Positions 1 to 9,665 of a stretch of DNA of 64,000 nt are shown piece by piece. The notes below the pieces were generated by a model, which was given only the letters and a program-made list of their open reading frames with translations, was not told the DNA's origin and did no database searches. The DNA comes from an uncultured archaeon (GTDB lineage: Archaea; Thermoplasmatota; Thermoplasmata; Thermoplasmatales; Thermoplasmataceae), in assembly GCA_000965745.1 (NCBI GenBank), contig CP009479.1:1696001-1760000 (forward strand), written 5' to 3'. Each line of letters opens with the position of its first letter. Position 1 is the first letter of the stretch. The position numbers and the translations under genes were made by a program.

Positions 1-1
1 T

Positions 2-715
2 AACATTGTAGGTTCCGTTTTTAACAAAGTGAAAGGAACCAAGCGACGTATTCCCCGACAGACTGACATAAACGTTGCTGTGGCCATCAGAAATGTTTCC
101 GGTTATGTAATTAACAGAAGAGAGGTTCTTCGGTTTTACATAAAAGCTGTAGTTGCTTGTTCCATCAAGATATGAAGTGGCCACAGATGAAAAGGTGTTT
201 CCTGAACCTGCAGAACTTATGGAATCTTTGACCGCGCCAAGATTCCCGATGACCATGCCTGCTGTTCCGGCATTGGCAGCGAACAGTGTGCTGTTGTTTC
301 CGGGAAGCGATTGTGACACAATTGCCAGGATTGAATTATTAAGCGTGAAGCCTGAAGAACCGAGTGATGAAATGCTGAAGTTGGATACGCTGTAAACAGT
401 TTGAGACATGTAAGAGGTGTAAGGGGTGATCTGCAAAGGGCTGCTGGAATTTGCATAAGTTGCATTTGCAAACAGTTCGATCTCATTTATGGTGAATGGA
501 AGGACCGCACCTGCAGAACCGTTTGAAACGAATAGGTATATGGCTGTGGAATTCAAGTGGGCTTCTGCCACTACCTCCGAGTGAAGTGGAACATAACTGA
601 AGGGATTCGCTTCAGACTGAGAGGAAGTGTATTGGGAAGCAAGCAGGTATGTTGCTGGCACAACAATCGCGACTGCAGCCACTATGACAATTATCTTTGT
701 TAGCAGCGGGTTCAT
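2..715 (-). CDS. Secreted/membrane-anchored hypothetical protein (3' end truncated by window edge)
   Basis: Read manually, not in ORF track: ATG at 715, MNPLLTKIIVIVAAVAIVVPATYLLASQ..., hydrophobic N-terminus, Ser/Thr/Asn-rich with several N-X-S/T sequons, open to position 2. Confidence 0.75.
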   Translation of the reverse strand, partial: MNPLLTKIIVIVAAVAIVVPATYLLASQYTSSQSEANPFSYVPLHSEVVAEAHLNSTAIYLFVSNGSAGAVLPFTINEIELFANATYANSSSPLQITPYTSYMSQTVYSVSNFSISSLGSSGFTLNNSILAIVSQSLPGNNSTLFAANAGTAGMVIGNLGAVKDSISSAGSGNTFSSVATSYLDGTSNYSFYVKPKNLSSVNYITGNISDGHSNVYVSLSGNTSLGSFHFVKNGTYNV

Positions 716-752
716 GGAATCCAATCAGAAACAGGTACTTAAACCGGACGAT

Positions 753-2120
753 TTATGCCGCAGACGCGCCAGAAACCATCAGGTCTGAGATTTTATCAAA
801 ATCCCAGCTTCCGGAGATTTTGCTTTTCCCAAAATTGAGGTCTCCCAGGTACCCCTTTTCCATCATCATCCGTACAATATGGACTGCGTAGGCTGGGGCA
901 CCAGTTGCCCCCGGAGAGTTGTAATTGAGGATATGCACAGACCTTTTGCCGAATTCAACTATGGCCTCAGGCACAAATCCGGACTTGTCGATAAGCGACC
1001 CCCTTACACCTGAAAAACCCCTGCTGGAAAGAAATCCTGTCTCGATTCCGGGAATGAACTCTCTGACCCTTCTCGCCATTTCTGACTTATAGAATGAACT
1101 TTTCCACTCCGATGATACCAGCGATACAAATTCTCTGTTGAAAACCAGGTTCAGCTTTGGCCTGATGGGCCTTTCCATGAGTGAGGACAATATGTTGCCG
1201 TCTGCAGGAGAGATTCCTTCATACACTTCCGGCCCTCCAACCAGAACTGCGTTTGGCCCGATCTCCTTCAAGCCATTCGCCCTGCTAATGAAATGGGGAT
1301 CAAGAAACGGGTATTTCGTATGGCGTGGAACGGAATATATATTCCTGCTGATTAGCCCGCCGTATTCCGGCACTACCCTCCAGTATTCCCCCCTGAAGAA
1401 AAGAACAGAGTAGTTGGCTGCATAACCCATTCCATGTGCAATTTTGAGGGCAGACCCGCCAGCGGCATTCATGACTAAACCGGCGGATATTCCGGTCGTC
1501 CTGCCATTGATGATGCATTTGATCAAGCAGCCGTCGCTATTCTCTTCTATTGCCAAAACCTCTGCGTTGCTGGTAATTAATGATTTGCTGTTTCCCGACC
1601 TCATGAAGAGCGCTTTTGTCAGGGCACCAAATTCGGTTGAAACATCCGTCTTTGAATAGAATGCTCCATCACACTTCACTTCCGGCTCTATTCCAGAAAC
1701 CTGTTCGCCTGTAAGTATGGAAAAATCATCACTGGAAAGCCCGTTCTGCAATGACCATTCGGAGTATCTTTCAAGTGCCTTCATATCCTCCTCTGACTTC
1801 GCAACTTCTATGGTGCCGCATTCCAGCCATGGAGACCCGGATGCGTGTGCAAGCTCCTTCCACAGTGAGTATGAAATCCCAGCTGATCTGGCCTGTACAC
1901 GCTTCCTGGACGGATCAAGATAGAAAGGGCGGTGAATGACCCCGGTGTTCCTGGAAGATGTGTGAACTGCAACATCGCTCTCTTTCTCAATCAGGATAAC
2001 ACTCTCTTCACGTAGAGATGTGATCCAGTGGTAAAGAGATGCTCCGAGGACGCCCCCGCCTATTATTGCAATATCGTATCTTTTTTCTTCTGTCACGGAG
2101 CTGGTCAACTTAAGCACCAC
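753..2120 (-). CDS. FAD-dependent oxidoreductase, L-2-hydroxyglutarate oxidase (LhgO)-like
   Basis: IIGGGVLG dinucleotide motif, SSRNTGVIH, FRGEYW, PFLDPHF, SPGATGA, all typical of the LhgO family. Confidence 0.8.
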   Translation of the reverse strand: MVLKLTSSVTEEKRYDIAIIGGGVLGASLYHWITSLREESVILIEKESDVAVHTSSRNTGVIHRPFYLDPSRKRVQARSAGISYSLWKELAHASGSPWLECGTIEVAKSEEDMKALERYSEWSLQNGLSSDDFSILTGEQVSGIEPEVKCDGAFYSKTDVSTEFGALTKALFMRSGNSKSLITSNAEVLAIEENSDGCLIKCIINGRTTGISAGLVMNAAGGSALKIAHGMGYAANYSVLFFRGEYWRVVPEYGGLISRNIYSVPRHTKYPFLDPHFISRANGLKEIGPNAVLVGGPEVYEGISPADGNILSSLMERPIRPKLNLVFNREFVSLVSSEWKSSFYKSEMARRVREFIPGIETGFLSSRGFSGVRGSLIDKSGFVPEAIVEFGKRSVHILNYNSPGATGAPAYAVHIVRMMMEKGYLGDLNFGKSKISGSWDFDKISDLMVSGASAA

Positions 2121-2184
2121 AAGCCGTCTGGCATATAGAATATGCCAATCCAGTTATCAATATTCCGCCGCAGGCAGGGGGCTG

Positions 2185-3339
2185 CTATGCCGAAATGTAC
2201 AGTTTAGTCGGGGAGAACTCGTAGTGACCAAGGACTTCATTAGCGGTTAATCTGCCTGATGCGGTCCTGAGGGTGAGCTCGTGAAGTTTTACTGCAGCCT
2301 CGTCCAGGTTGAACTCGAAACGCAGGAGCCCGGATATGTCAAGGTCTATGTGTTCAGACATTGTCAGGGCAGTTTTCGGGTTAGCAGTTATCTTGACGAC
2401 TGGCTCAATCGGGTTTCCCACTATATTGCCCTGTCCAGTGGTAAACAGGTGAACAACAGCCCCAGCTGCTGAAAAAAGGGTTACGCATTCAGCAGCGGCA
2501 GAGGATGAATTCATGAAATTCAGCCCTTTCCTGGTTGGCTCATCCGCGTAATCAAGAACATCAACTATAGGAAGATTTCCTGCTTTCTGTATGTTCCCAA
2601 GCGCCTTTTCTTCTATTGTGGTCAGTCCACCCTTAATGTTTCCCTGTGTGGGCTGTGAACCTAAAAGATCAGCACCTTCCCTTCTAATTTCTTCCTGGTA
2701 CCTGTTGAAAATATCCATGAACTTATCTCTGATTGACGGGTCTGCTATCCTCTCCGCAAGAATATTCTCGGCACCGGTGATCTCGGAGGTTTCCCCGAAA
2801 ATAAGGGTAGCACCCTGATCCTTCAGTATTTCAAACGTCCTTCCAACCGTGGGGTTGGACGCAAGCCCGGAGGTTGTATCACTCTCACCGCACTTCGTGC
2901 TGATTACAAGGTCTGCGACATCCTGCTCTTTCTTTACAATATCAGATGCATCCTGAACCATTTCCTTTGCCCACCTGGAAGCTTTCTCAACAACCTTCAG
3001 GTCTCCTTTCCCCTCTATTCCGATAGCTTCCACGTGCTTGCCGGTTTGCGAAATACTGTCAGCTATCCTCTGTGTCCAATTGTCTTCAATGCCTATTACA
3101 ATAGCAGAGGCAACATTCGGGTTTCTTCCCATTCCACCCAGTGTTTTGAAAAGGAGTTCAAGGTCCCTGCCGAACTGCAACCTCCCGTAAGGGTGTGGGA
3201 TTGCCCTTGTTCCGGATATGTGCTTTTCCACATTCTGTGCAGCAGCGTTTGATATGTCATCAACAGGTATAATCAGCACGTGATTCCTGACACCGACTCT
3301 TCCATTCTCCCTCTCATACCCTAAAAATGAATGGTTCAG
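2185..3339 (-). CDS. UxaA-family lyase large subunit, (2R)-sulfolactate sulfo-lyase beta (SuyB)-like
   Basis: GYERENGRVGVRNHVLIIPVDD, HPYGRLQFG, NPNV, KCGESDTTSGLASNP, GGLTTIEEKALG, FTTGQG; frame extends 60 nt upstream of the ORF-track start to a CTG at 3339. Confidence 0.8.
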   Translation of the reverse strand: MNHSFLGYERENGRVGVRNHVLIIPVDDISNAAAQNVEKHISGTRAIPHPYGRLQFGRDLELLFKTLGGMGRNPNVASAIVIGIEDNWTQRIADSISQTGKHVEAIGIEGKGDLKVVEKASRWAKEMVQDASDIVKKEQDVADLVISTKCGESDTTSGLASNPTVGRTFEILKDQGATLIFGETSEITGAENILAERIADPSIRDKFMDIFNRYQEEIRREGADLLGSQPTQGNIKGGLTTIEEKALGNIQKAGNLPIVDVLDYADEPTRKGLNFMNSSSAAAECVTLFSAAGAVVHLFTTGQGNIVGNPIEPVVKITANPKTALTMSEHIDLDISGLLRFEFNLDEAAVKLHELTLRTASGRLTANEVLGHYEFSPTKLYISA

Positions 3340-3340
3340 A

Positions 3341-3634
3341 TTACCACCTCATGGACTTAATGTTATGCGTGTGGACATGGTTTCCCGGCTGTATTTCATG
3401 AATCGCCCTTCCAATCTCCTGGCCATACTCAATTACAGGCTGGTCGCCGGAAATTCTTGTTATGGACAATTTGTGCCCAAGCGGAATTCCTTCACTCACC
3501 TCAACAGTCAGGGTTGCTCCAACATCCAGGTACTTACCCTGGGCAGTTGTGCCCTTCTCAAGATCGACAGTAGCCACCCCGACATGATCACGGGAGTTAT
3601 GCACAAGAAATACAACATTTTCCATGATGATCAT
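3341..3634 (-). CDS. SAF-domain small subunit of UxaA-family lyase (SuyA-like)
   Basis: DHVGVA...IPLGHK...VIEYGQEIG...GNHVHTHNIKS SAF motif; directly upstream of the large subunit. Confidence 0.85.
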   Translation of the reverse strand: MIIMENVVFLVHNSRDHVGVATVDLEKGTTAQGKYLDVGATLTVEVSEGIPLGHKLSITRISGDQPVIEYGQEIGRAIHEIQPGNHVHTHNIKSMRW

Positions 3635-3966
3635 ATTTATAATTTTAAATGGTATTAAAACTTATTTTAACGTGACTTACTAAATATTTCTAAAATCAAA
3701 AAGGTTAATAGCTTGTTGAACGGTTCAGAAGCAGGAATATTGAGGATTATCTTAAATTTCACATATTGATATTATAAGTTATTTGACCAACTCATTCATC
3801 CGTTCTTACCCGCTGATGTACAGTTCGATTTTCGGTATGGCTGAAAAATAACATAAACCTTGGTTTTTTCTGATTATGCATTATATCAGGTCCAACCGAA
3901 ATTGCTATTTATTGTATATATTTCTAAAAGTGATATTTTAAATAATGAGTATGAAATAATCAACCA

Positions 3967-4623
3967 ATGGAAAACAAGAGTACACTCACTGAAGCAGCGT
4001 ACAGACACATATTTGAAGGTATCGTTACCGGAAAGTACAGGGTGGGTCAAACACTAAGCATCGACAAACTATCTGCAACACTCAACATGAGCAAAACTCC
4101 CATAAGAGAGGCACTCGTGGAACTCGAGGGGGAAGGCCTGGTTTACAGGAGAAGCAGGTACTACAACGTTATGTATCTGTCAAAGGAAGACGTCATTGAC
4201 CTGTATGAAACTAGAATCATACTCGAGGCTGAGGCTGCAAGGCTCTCCTCACTGAGGGCCACGGATCAGCAGATCGAGGATATGAGAAGCACACTTAAAG
4301 TGATAAACGATTTGACAAACCAGGAAAACCCCGACCCGTTGCTTTTAACAGAAATGAATGGGAAGTTTCACTGGCTGATCGCATCATCCTGCGGAAATAA
4401 GACGATAGCAAAATACTGCACTGACATACGGTTACGGCTTAAAGCCGTCCGGACAAGCCTCTTCACCAGCATGGACAGGAGGGAGGATGAAATCAGGGAA
4501 CATGAACACATCTTCAAGGCCATTGAGAAGAGAGACGCCGATGAGGCTGTCAAAAGAATGCTCCAACATGAGAGGAACGTGATGAAATTCGTGGACAGGG
4601 TAGTTCTTCCAGAATTATTCTGA
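3967..4623 (+). CDS. GntR/FadR-family (FCD domain) transcriptional regulator
   Basis: N-terminal wHTH (LNMSKTPIREAL..LEGEGLV), FCD motifs (LYETRIILE, NGKFH, EHEHIF); divergent from the SAF/UxaA operon. Confidence 0.9.
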   Translation: MENKSTLTEAAYRHIFEGIVTGKYRVGQTLSIDKLSATLNMSKTPIREALVELEGEGLVYRRSRYYNVMYLSKEDVIDLYETRIILEAEAARLSSLRATDQQIEDMRSTLKVINDLTNQENPDPLLLTEMNGKFHWLIASSCGNKTIAKYCTDIRLRLKAVRTSLFTSMDRREDEIREHEHIFKAIEKRDADEAVKRMLQHERNVMKFVDRVVLPELF

Positions 4624-4719
4624 TTCCTGTTTATTTCTTCCTTATAAAATAAGAATTCATGTTTTCCATGATCATGCATCGATAAGGTTTAATCCTATTT
4701 TCGCTAGGTACATGTAATA

Positions 4720-5700
4720 ATGGATGCTGTGGAGTACCTTACCGGACGAAGGCTTAAGATGCACGAAGTCTACACCAGTGAGATTTCGATCTCCTTCTGT
4801 GCATCTGCAAGAATTCCCGGTAAGAGCCTATTGGACTCCCTAAGAAGCATTAATATAATAGCAAATGAAACAGGCTTCCCGTATGAAATTATACTTGTAT
4901 CTCCCCCCGGAAACAAGCAGATTCGCGACTCACTAAAGTCCATACTCTCTGATCTGGACAATTTCTACATCCTGAAGCAGAACACAAGCAGCAACGGACA
5001 TGCTATGAGGATGGGCTTTGAGTCCAGTTCAAACAGGTTCTTCATTCCATTCAATGCAGACCTAGTTTATGACATTCGTTACGCAGACCTCATTCATTCT
5101 TTTCTGATGAAGAGGGAGAAGAAACTGTTTCTCTCGGAACTCCCGGTTATTCACAGAGATCTGATAACTGATGTTGGGGGATACCGTGATCTTTCGCATG
5201 GACACGACATAGACCTGTACAGCAGGATCGCGATGATGTATGGTGTTGTTGCCTATCCTGCCATGTTCAACAGGATCCCACTGGTTTCACCCCCTCCCAG
5301 CGAAGATACTCTGCCAGGCACATATGGCAGGGGCCACTCCAGCATCCGGATGCTCATGGATCATATAATTGCCTGCAACTATGACGTTGATGACCTTATG
5401 GTCCTGTACACGGAAGGCAGGGGCCAGGAGAGATTGACCATGCGTATCTACTTTTCAATTCTCTATGCGATATCCAGGATCTCCAGGGTAAAACCATACA
5501 GGTTCGATCGGAACAATTACCTGATCCTGATGGAGAATGTTTTTGAATCTCTGGTATTGAAGGACTTTGCAAGATACGGGATGGAGGATGTGAAAGCCAA
5601 CATGATGCTGACAAAGGAGGAAATCAACTACCTCAAGGCCAGAAGCAGGCTTTACAGGGACGTTATCTACTCGATCAACCAGTACGTTATTGAGGTATGA
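4720..5700 (+). CDS. Divergent glycosyltransferase family 2-like protein
   Basis: YEIILV, FNADLVY (DxD-like), DVGGYRDLSHGHDIDLYSR resembling GT2 'GGY...ED.DL..R'. Confidence 0.55.
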   Translation: MDAVEYLTGRRLKMHEVYTSEISISFCASARIPGKSLLDSLRSINIIANETGFPYEIILVSPPGNKQIRDSLKSILSDLDNFYILKQNTSSNGHAMRMGFESSSNRFFIPFNADLVYDIRYADLIHSFLMKREKKLFLSELPVIHRDLITDVGGYRDLSHGHDIDLYSRIAMMYGVVAYPAMFNRIPLVSPPPSEDTLPGTYGRGHSSIRMLMDHIIACNYDVDDLMVLYTEGRGQERLTMRIYFSILYAISRISRVKPYRFDRNNYLILMENVFESLVLKDFARYGMEDVKANMMLTKEEINYLKARSRLYRDVIYSINQYVIEV

Positions 5701-5743
5701 CCCGGGGCCTTTAATCCATTTTTTAAAGAAAAATAATAATAAT

Positions 5744-8650
5744 ATGGGCTTATCCCTTTTTGTGCATTTACTTAATAAATTCATATTAGTGTACATTTTT
5801 ATATTGTTATTAGCCCCGGTTGGTCATTTACCTTCTTCCGGTAGGTCCGGCAATCTCGGGCCGTATGGAATAAGTAGCTTCAGCACAACCGGTTTTCAGA
5901 ATATTTCAAACAGCACCGTGATAGGAAACAATCTTTCACGATCCTACTACAGGATTTCAGGAAACCTCAGGATCGCGAAAAACGCTTCCCTAGAGCTGAT
6001 AAACACGGTCCTCATTTTCTCATTTCTTTCGGGGAACCATTCGTCCCTGCTTGTCCAAGGAAAACTGTCACTCTACAACTCAGAAATAACCATGTCTCAG
6101 CCCAATGGAGACCCCAATGCCCTCCAATTATCGGTTGCGGGGCAGAACAATACTGGCGCGAAGGTGGAATTGGTCAGCTCATCTGTAATGATTAACGGCA
6201 GTGTGAACGTCACGGGGTCAGACTTTTATGCCATTAATTCCACCATGACTTCACTCGGTCCGGGCAACTACCTTGGAACATCATTCTGGAACAGCACAGT
6301 ATATACTTACAACAGCACGTTTTCGGGTGAGAGGAGAGGGCATCCTGTCAGTGAATACACTTCCGGGAAATCCTACGGGCCAAACAGCTGGTACAGCAAT
6401 ATCGGGGACATTCCGCTGCATGGGATGGTAACAAAATCACCCGGCACTCTTGTCAATGAATTCAGGATTAAGCTCACGTACGGAGGCTACACTTACGGAA
6501 ATGCCTCTTACCTTCTGTTCAACGTTTCTGGGAAAACGGCTATGGAATACACACTCAAAAGCACGGGTTACACATTCAATGAAACAACGGTTGTATTGAC
6601 TTCACAAATTAACAGTACCCTGCCGGATGCGGGCTCGCTGGTGAATAACGGCAATTTCAGTGCATTCTTCACACTTGTTCCGTATCATACTAACACAACA
6701 ATATTCAACATCAGCATAACATTCCTCTCCAACGATTCAGTAGCACTTTACGGTGAGCAGTTCTATGGGCCGGTCCTGCATAATACCGAATATTATGCGG
6801 TAAAAAGCGGGTTCATGCTGAACTATGGCGGTAAGTATGTCTATGGCAGGATGCTTAACCCCGAAAAGAATTCATTCTTCCTGTGGAACGGGTCAAACCT
6901 CTACTTTGTTGGTTCCTACGCAATAGACCCGGGTGAGCAGGGGGTTTCAGCGCCGTTTGAGATTTACAGTTCAGGGGTCTATGTCTACTCCCTTCAGAAA
7001 ATAGTGGACATTGCGCCCGAGGGCATCCTCAACGGCACAGTCAATGCTGTCAGGGCGGATAACATAAATTCATCCCTCAATACCTACGCCAATCTGCACA
7101 ATGAAAACATGCTTGTCTCGCTGTCCAGGTTCGGGCTGGCTTACGGCAACCAATCATCATCGGGCTCAATCGTGCTGCCCCTTTTGAGGGTTGCAGAAAC
7201 TCAGTCATCTGCAAATTACTGCGGAAACTATGTCGATGTCACTGATGGACAGTACAGTTATTTCTCAGAAAACTCCTCATTCGTGTTTCTACACAATGCT
7301 ACATCCTTTGATGCCCACATTGTTATCCCACTGCTTTCCGCCGGCATAACACATGGTGCAGCAGTCTACGGGGACCCTGTCAATTTTACTCTGGAGGTTA
7401 CCTCGCTGTATGCACCTGCAAACAATGTCACCTTGAACGTCGGTGTATACAACTCGACACCAGTCCTGGATATCAGGAAGATAAATACAAATCTCACCAG
7501 CAATAACACTGAAATCTTCAACTGGACGATGAAGCCACGGCCTGCGCTGAGCCCGGGGGAGTACTCCCTGGTTGTTAAATTCTCGGGCATAAGCTATGCA
7601 TATAACAGGAACAGCACCCTTGTCAACCAGTCCCTTACACTCTTCTCGAACGTTAATCTGGGACTGGCTTACAATTACTCCTGGGAAGGGAACGCCAGCA
7701 GCATATCGCTAAACACTACGTTGTCAAACAGGGGCACTCAGTATGCAAACAACACAGCGCTGTTGGTCTATTTTTACGCCAAAACAGAGTTTCTCGGAGT
7801 GTATTCAACGTACATGGATGTCGGGCCGGGGCAGAAGATTACGAGGAATATTCTTTTTCAAGCAAATGTTCAGATAACCAACGCGACAATTGAGCTTGAA
7901 ACAAACAGCTCGATTCTACCCTACAGTGGGCCGGTTCTGAGAATCCCTGCACAGTTTAAATGGAATGGCGGAAGCCCGCCACGGCACTTTACTGTCAGGA
8001 TCGTCAGCAAAGGGCTTCCAGAGGGTACCATGTGGTCGGTAGTTTCCAACAACACGCTGTTCCAGACGCTCTCAACACATATGACCCTGACACTGCCGTC
8101 CGGAAGCAACAGTATAAAGGTGGGGAGTCCGGCTGGATATCATCCTGAGACAAAAGAAATGCACCTGGACCTGTCGGCGAATACCACCGTGTACATCACG
8201 TTTCTAGAGAACCTTTATGCTGTAACGTTCACGGTGTCGGGCAAAGTCCCTTATTCGGGCTGGGGAATAACATTTGGAAACCACACCTATGTACTTGACA
8301 ATGGCACATTTGCATTTGACGTTCCGGATGGAATATACAACTACACAGTAACAACGGGCCCCGGGTTTTCTGCCTATGAGAGCAATGGAACCTTCACTGT
8401 CGACAACGGCAACGTATCAGTCAGTATCATCATCCATGCTGACAAGAGAACCGATAATAATGGCAATCTCTTGAGGACGGTTGAGGAAATCTCCATAGTA
8501 GCAGGTATTTTTGGCGTGCCTGCCGGCAGCCTTTACTACAGGGGGATGAGGAAATCGGCATATCTCTGCGAGAAATGCTGGCGATCCCGCTCCTCGCGAT
8601 TTGGCAGATGCAGTTGCTCTCTGGAGAACGAAAAAAATAACGGGGAGTGA
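5744..8650 (+). CDS. Large membrane-anchored cell-surface glycoprotein
   Basis: N-terminal hydrophobic segment, dense N-X-S/T sequons, 'SKGLPEGTMWSV' and 'VPDGIYNYTV' Thermoplasmatales surface repeats, C-terminal TM then Cys-rich tail; ATG 5744 preferred over 5690. Confidence 0.75.
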   Translation: MGLSLFVHLLNKFILVYIFILLLAPVGHLPSSGRSGNLGPYGISSFSTTGFQNISNSTVIGNNLSRSYYRISGNLRIAKNASLELINTVLIFSFLSGNHSSLLVQGKLSLYNSEITMSQPNGDPNALQLSVAGQNNTGAKVELVSSSVMINGSVNVTGSDFYAINSTMTSLGPGNYLGTSFWNSTVYTYNSTFSGERRGHPVSEYTSGKSYGPNSWYSNIGDIPLHGMVTKSPGTLVNEFRIKLTYGGYTYGNASYLLFNVSGKTAMEYTLKSTGYTFNETTVVLTSQINSTLPDAGSLVNNGNFSAFFTLVPYHTNTTIFNISITFLSNDSVALYGEQFYGPVLHNTEYYAVKSGFMLNYGGKYVYGRMLNPEKNSFFLWNGSNLYFVGSYAIDPGEQGVSAPFEIYSSGVYVYSLQKIVDIAPEGILNGTVNAVRADNINSSLNTYANLHNENMLVSLSRFGLAYGNQSSSGSIVLPLLRVAETQSSANYCGNYVDVTDGQYSYFSENSSFVFLHNATSFDAHIVIPLLSAGITHGAAVYGDPVNFTLEVTSLYAPANNVTLNVGVYNSTPVLDIRKINTNLTSNNTEIFNWTMKPRPALSPGEYSLVVKFSGISYAYNRNSTLVNQSLTLFSNVNLGLAYNYSWEGNASSISLNTTLSNRGTQYANNTALLVYFYAKTEFLGVYSTYMDVGPGQKITRNILFQANVQITNATIELETNSSILPYSGPVLRIPAQFKWNGGSPPRHFTVRIVSKGLPEGTMWSVVSNNTLFQTLSTHMTLTLPSGSNSIKVGSPAGYHPETKEMHLDLSANTTVYITFLENLYAVTFTVSGKVPYSGWGITFGNHTYVLDNGTFAFDVPDGIYNYTVTTGPGFSAYESNGTFTVDNGNVSVSIIIHADKRTDNNGNLLRTVEEISIVAGIFGVPAGSLYYRGMRKSAYLCEKCWRSRSSRFGRCSCSLENEKNNGE

Positions 8651-8683
8651 AAGGGTAAAATAGAAAAGTGGCAATAATGTGGC

Positions 8684-9139
8684 GTGGGAATATTACACAG
8701 AGCCCTTTTCATTGACAGGGATGGAACAATCAACAAGGACTGCCCCTACTGCATAGACCCTGACGACCTTGTGCTTTATGACGACACTGTGCGATTGATG
8801 AAACAGTACAAGAAGAACGGTTATCTCATAATAGTCGTGACAAACCAGTCGGGTATAGCGAGAGGATATTTCAGCGAAGAGCAACTGAAGCTATTTAACG
8901 ACAGGATGACTGAAGAACTTTTCAAGAGGGGGGTGGAAATCGATGACATATATTACTGCCCCCATCACCCCGATGATAACTGCAACTGCAGAAAACCCAA
9001 AACAGGGATGGTCGAGAGGGCGGTCAAGGAACATGATATCCTTCTTTCCCATTCCATCTTGGTGGGAGACAGGGACGACACCGACGGGGAAATGGCAAGA
9101 AAACTTGGCATCCATTTCAGGCAGGTAAATTATCCATGA
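8684..9139 (+). CDS. gmhB: HAD-IIIA phosphatase, D,D-heptose 1,7-bisphosphate phosphatase-like
   Basis: DRDGTIN, VTNQSGIARG, CPHHP..CNCRKP, VGD. Confidence 0.75.
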   Translation: MGILHRALFIDRDGTINKDCPYCIDPDDLVLYDDTVRLMKQYKKNGYLIIVVTNQSGIARGYFSEEQLKLFNDRMTEELFKRGVEIDDIYYCPHHPDDNCNCRKPKTGMVERAVKEHDILLSHSILVGDRDDTDGEMARKLGIHFRQVNYP

Positions 9140-9191
9140 TAGTGCATGACCGACAATAATTAATAGTGGGGAATATGATCGTCCCCAAGGC

Positions 9192-9665
9192 ATGCAGAGT
9201 GATCAACCCACAGTTGAATCCGGAGATTTTCTCGACCAGCTGAGCTGGGGATTCGTCAGGAGAAACATAGTCAGGGGGTTCAAATTTGCTGTTGCCGGAG
9301 GAACCGGTTTTCTTATAGCAGAGGGCCTGATTTTCATGGGTCTGGTGCTTGTGGGGGATAATTACCTTCTCCAGATCAACGCTGTAGCCGCAATACTGAG
9401 CATAGCCGGGGGGTTCTTTATCAACGAGCACTGGACATCACGCAACGAGGGTGACCATGGCGGCAGTGTCGGCGGCTTGCTTTTCAGGCTGTTCAAATTT
9501 GAACTTGTTTACGGCCTCGGCAACATCATATCAATCGCTGTGCAGCTGTTTCTGTTCTATTACTTCTCAGTTTATCCGCTCATTGGGAACATCGCCGGAG
9601 CAGTTGCCGCGCTTCCAGCCAATTATTTCGTCAGCATGGTTGTTGTCTGGAGAATAAAGCTCTAG
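9192..9665 (+). CDS. GtrA-family membrane protein
   Basis: Four TM segments, KFAVAG, FFINEHWT, NYFVS..VVW. Confidence 0.8.
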   Translation: MQSDQPTVESGDFLDQLSWGFVRRNIVRGFKFAVAGGTGFLIAEGLIFMGLVLVGDNYLLQINAVAAILSIAGGFFINEHWTSRNEGDHGGSVGGLLFRLFKFELVYGLGNIISIAVQLFLFYYFSVYPLIGNIAGAVAALPANYFVSMVVVWRIKL

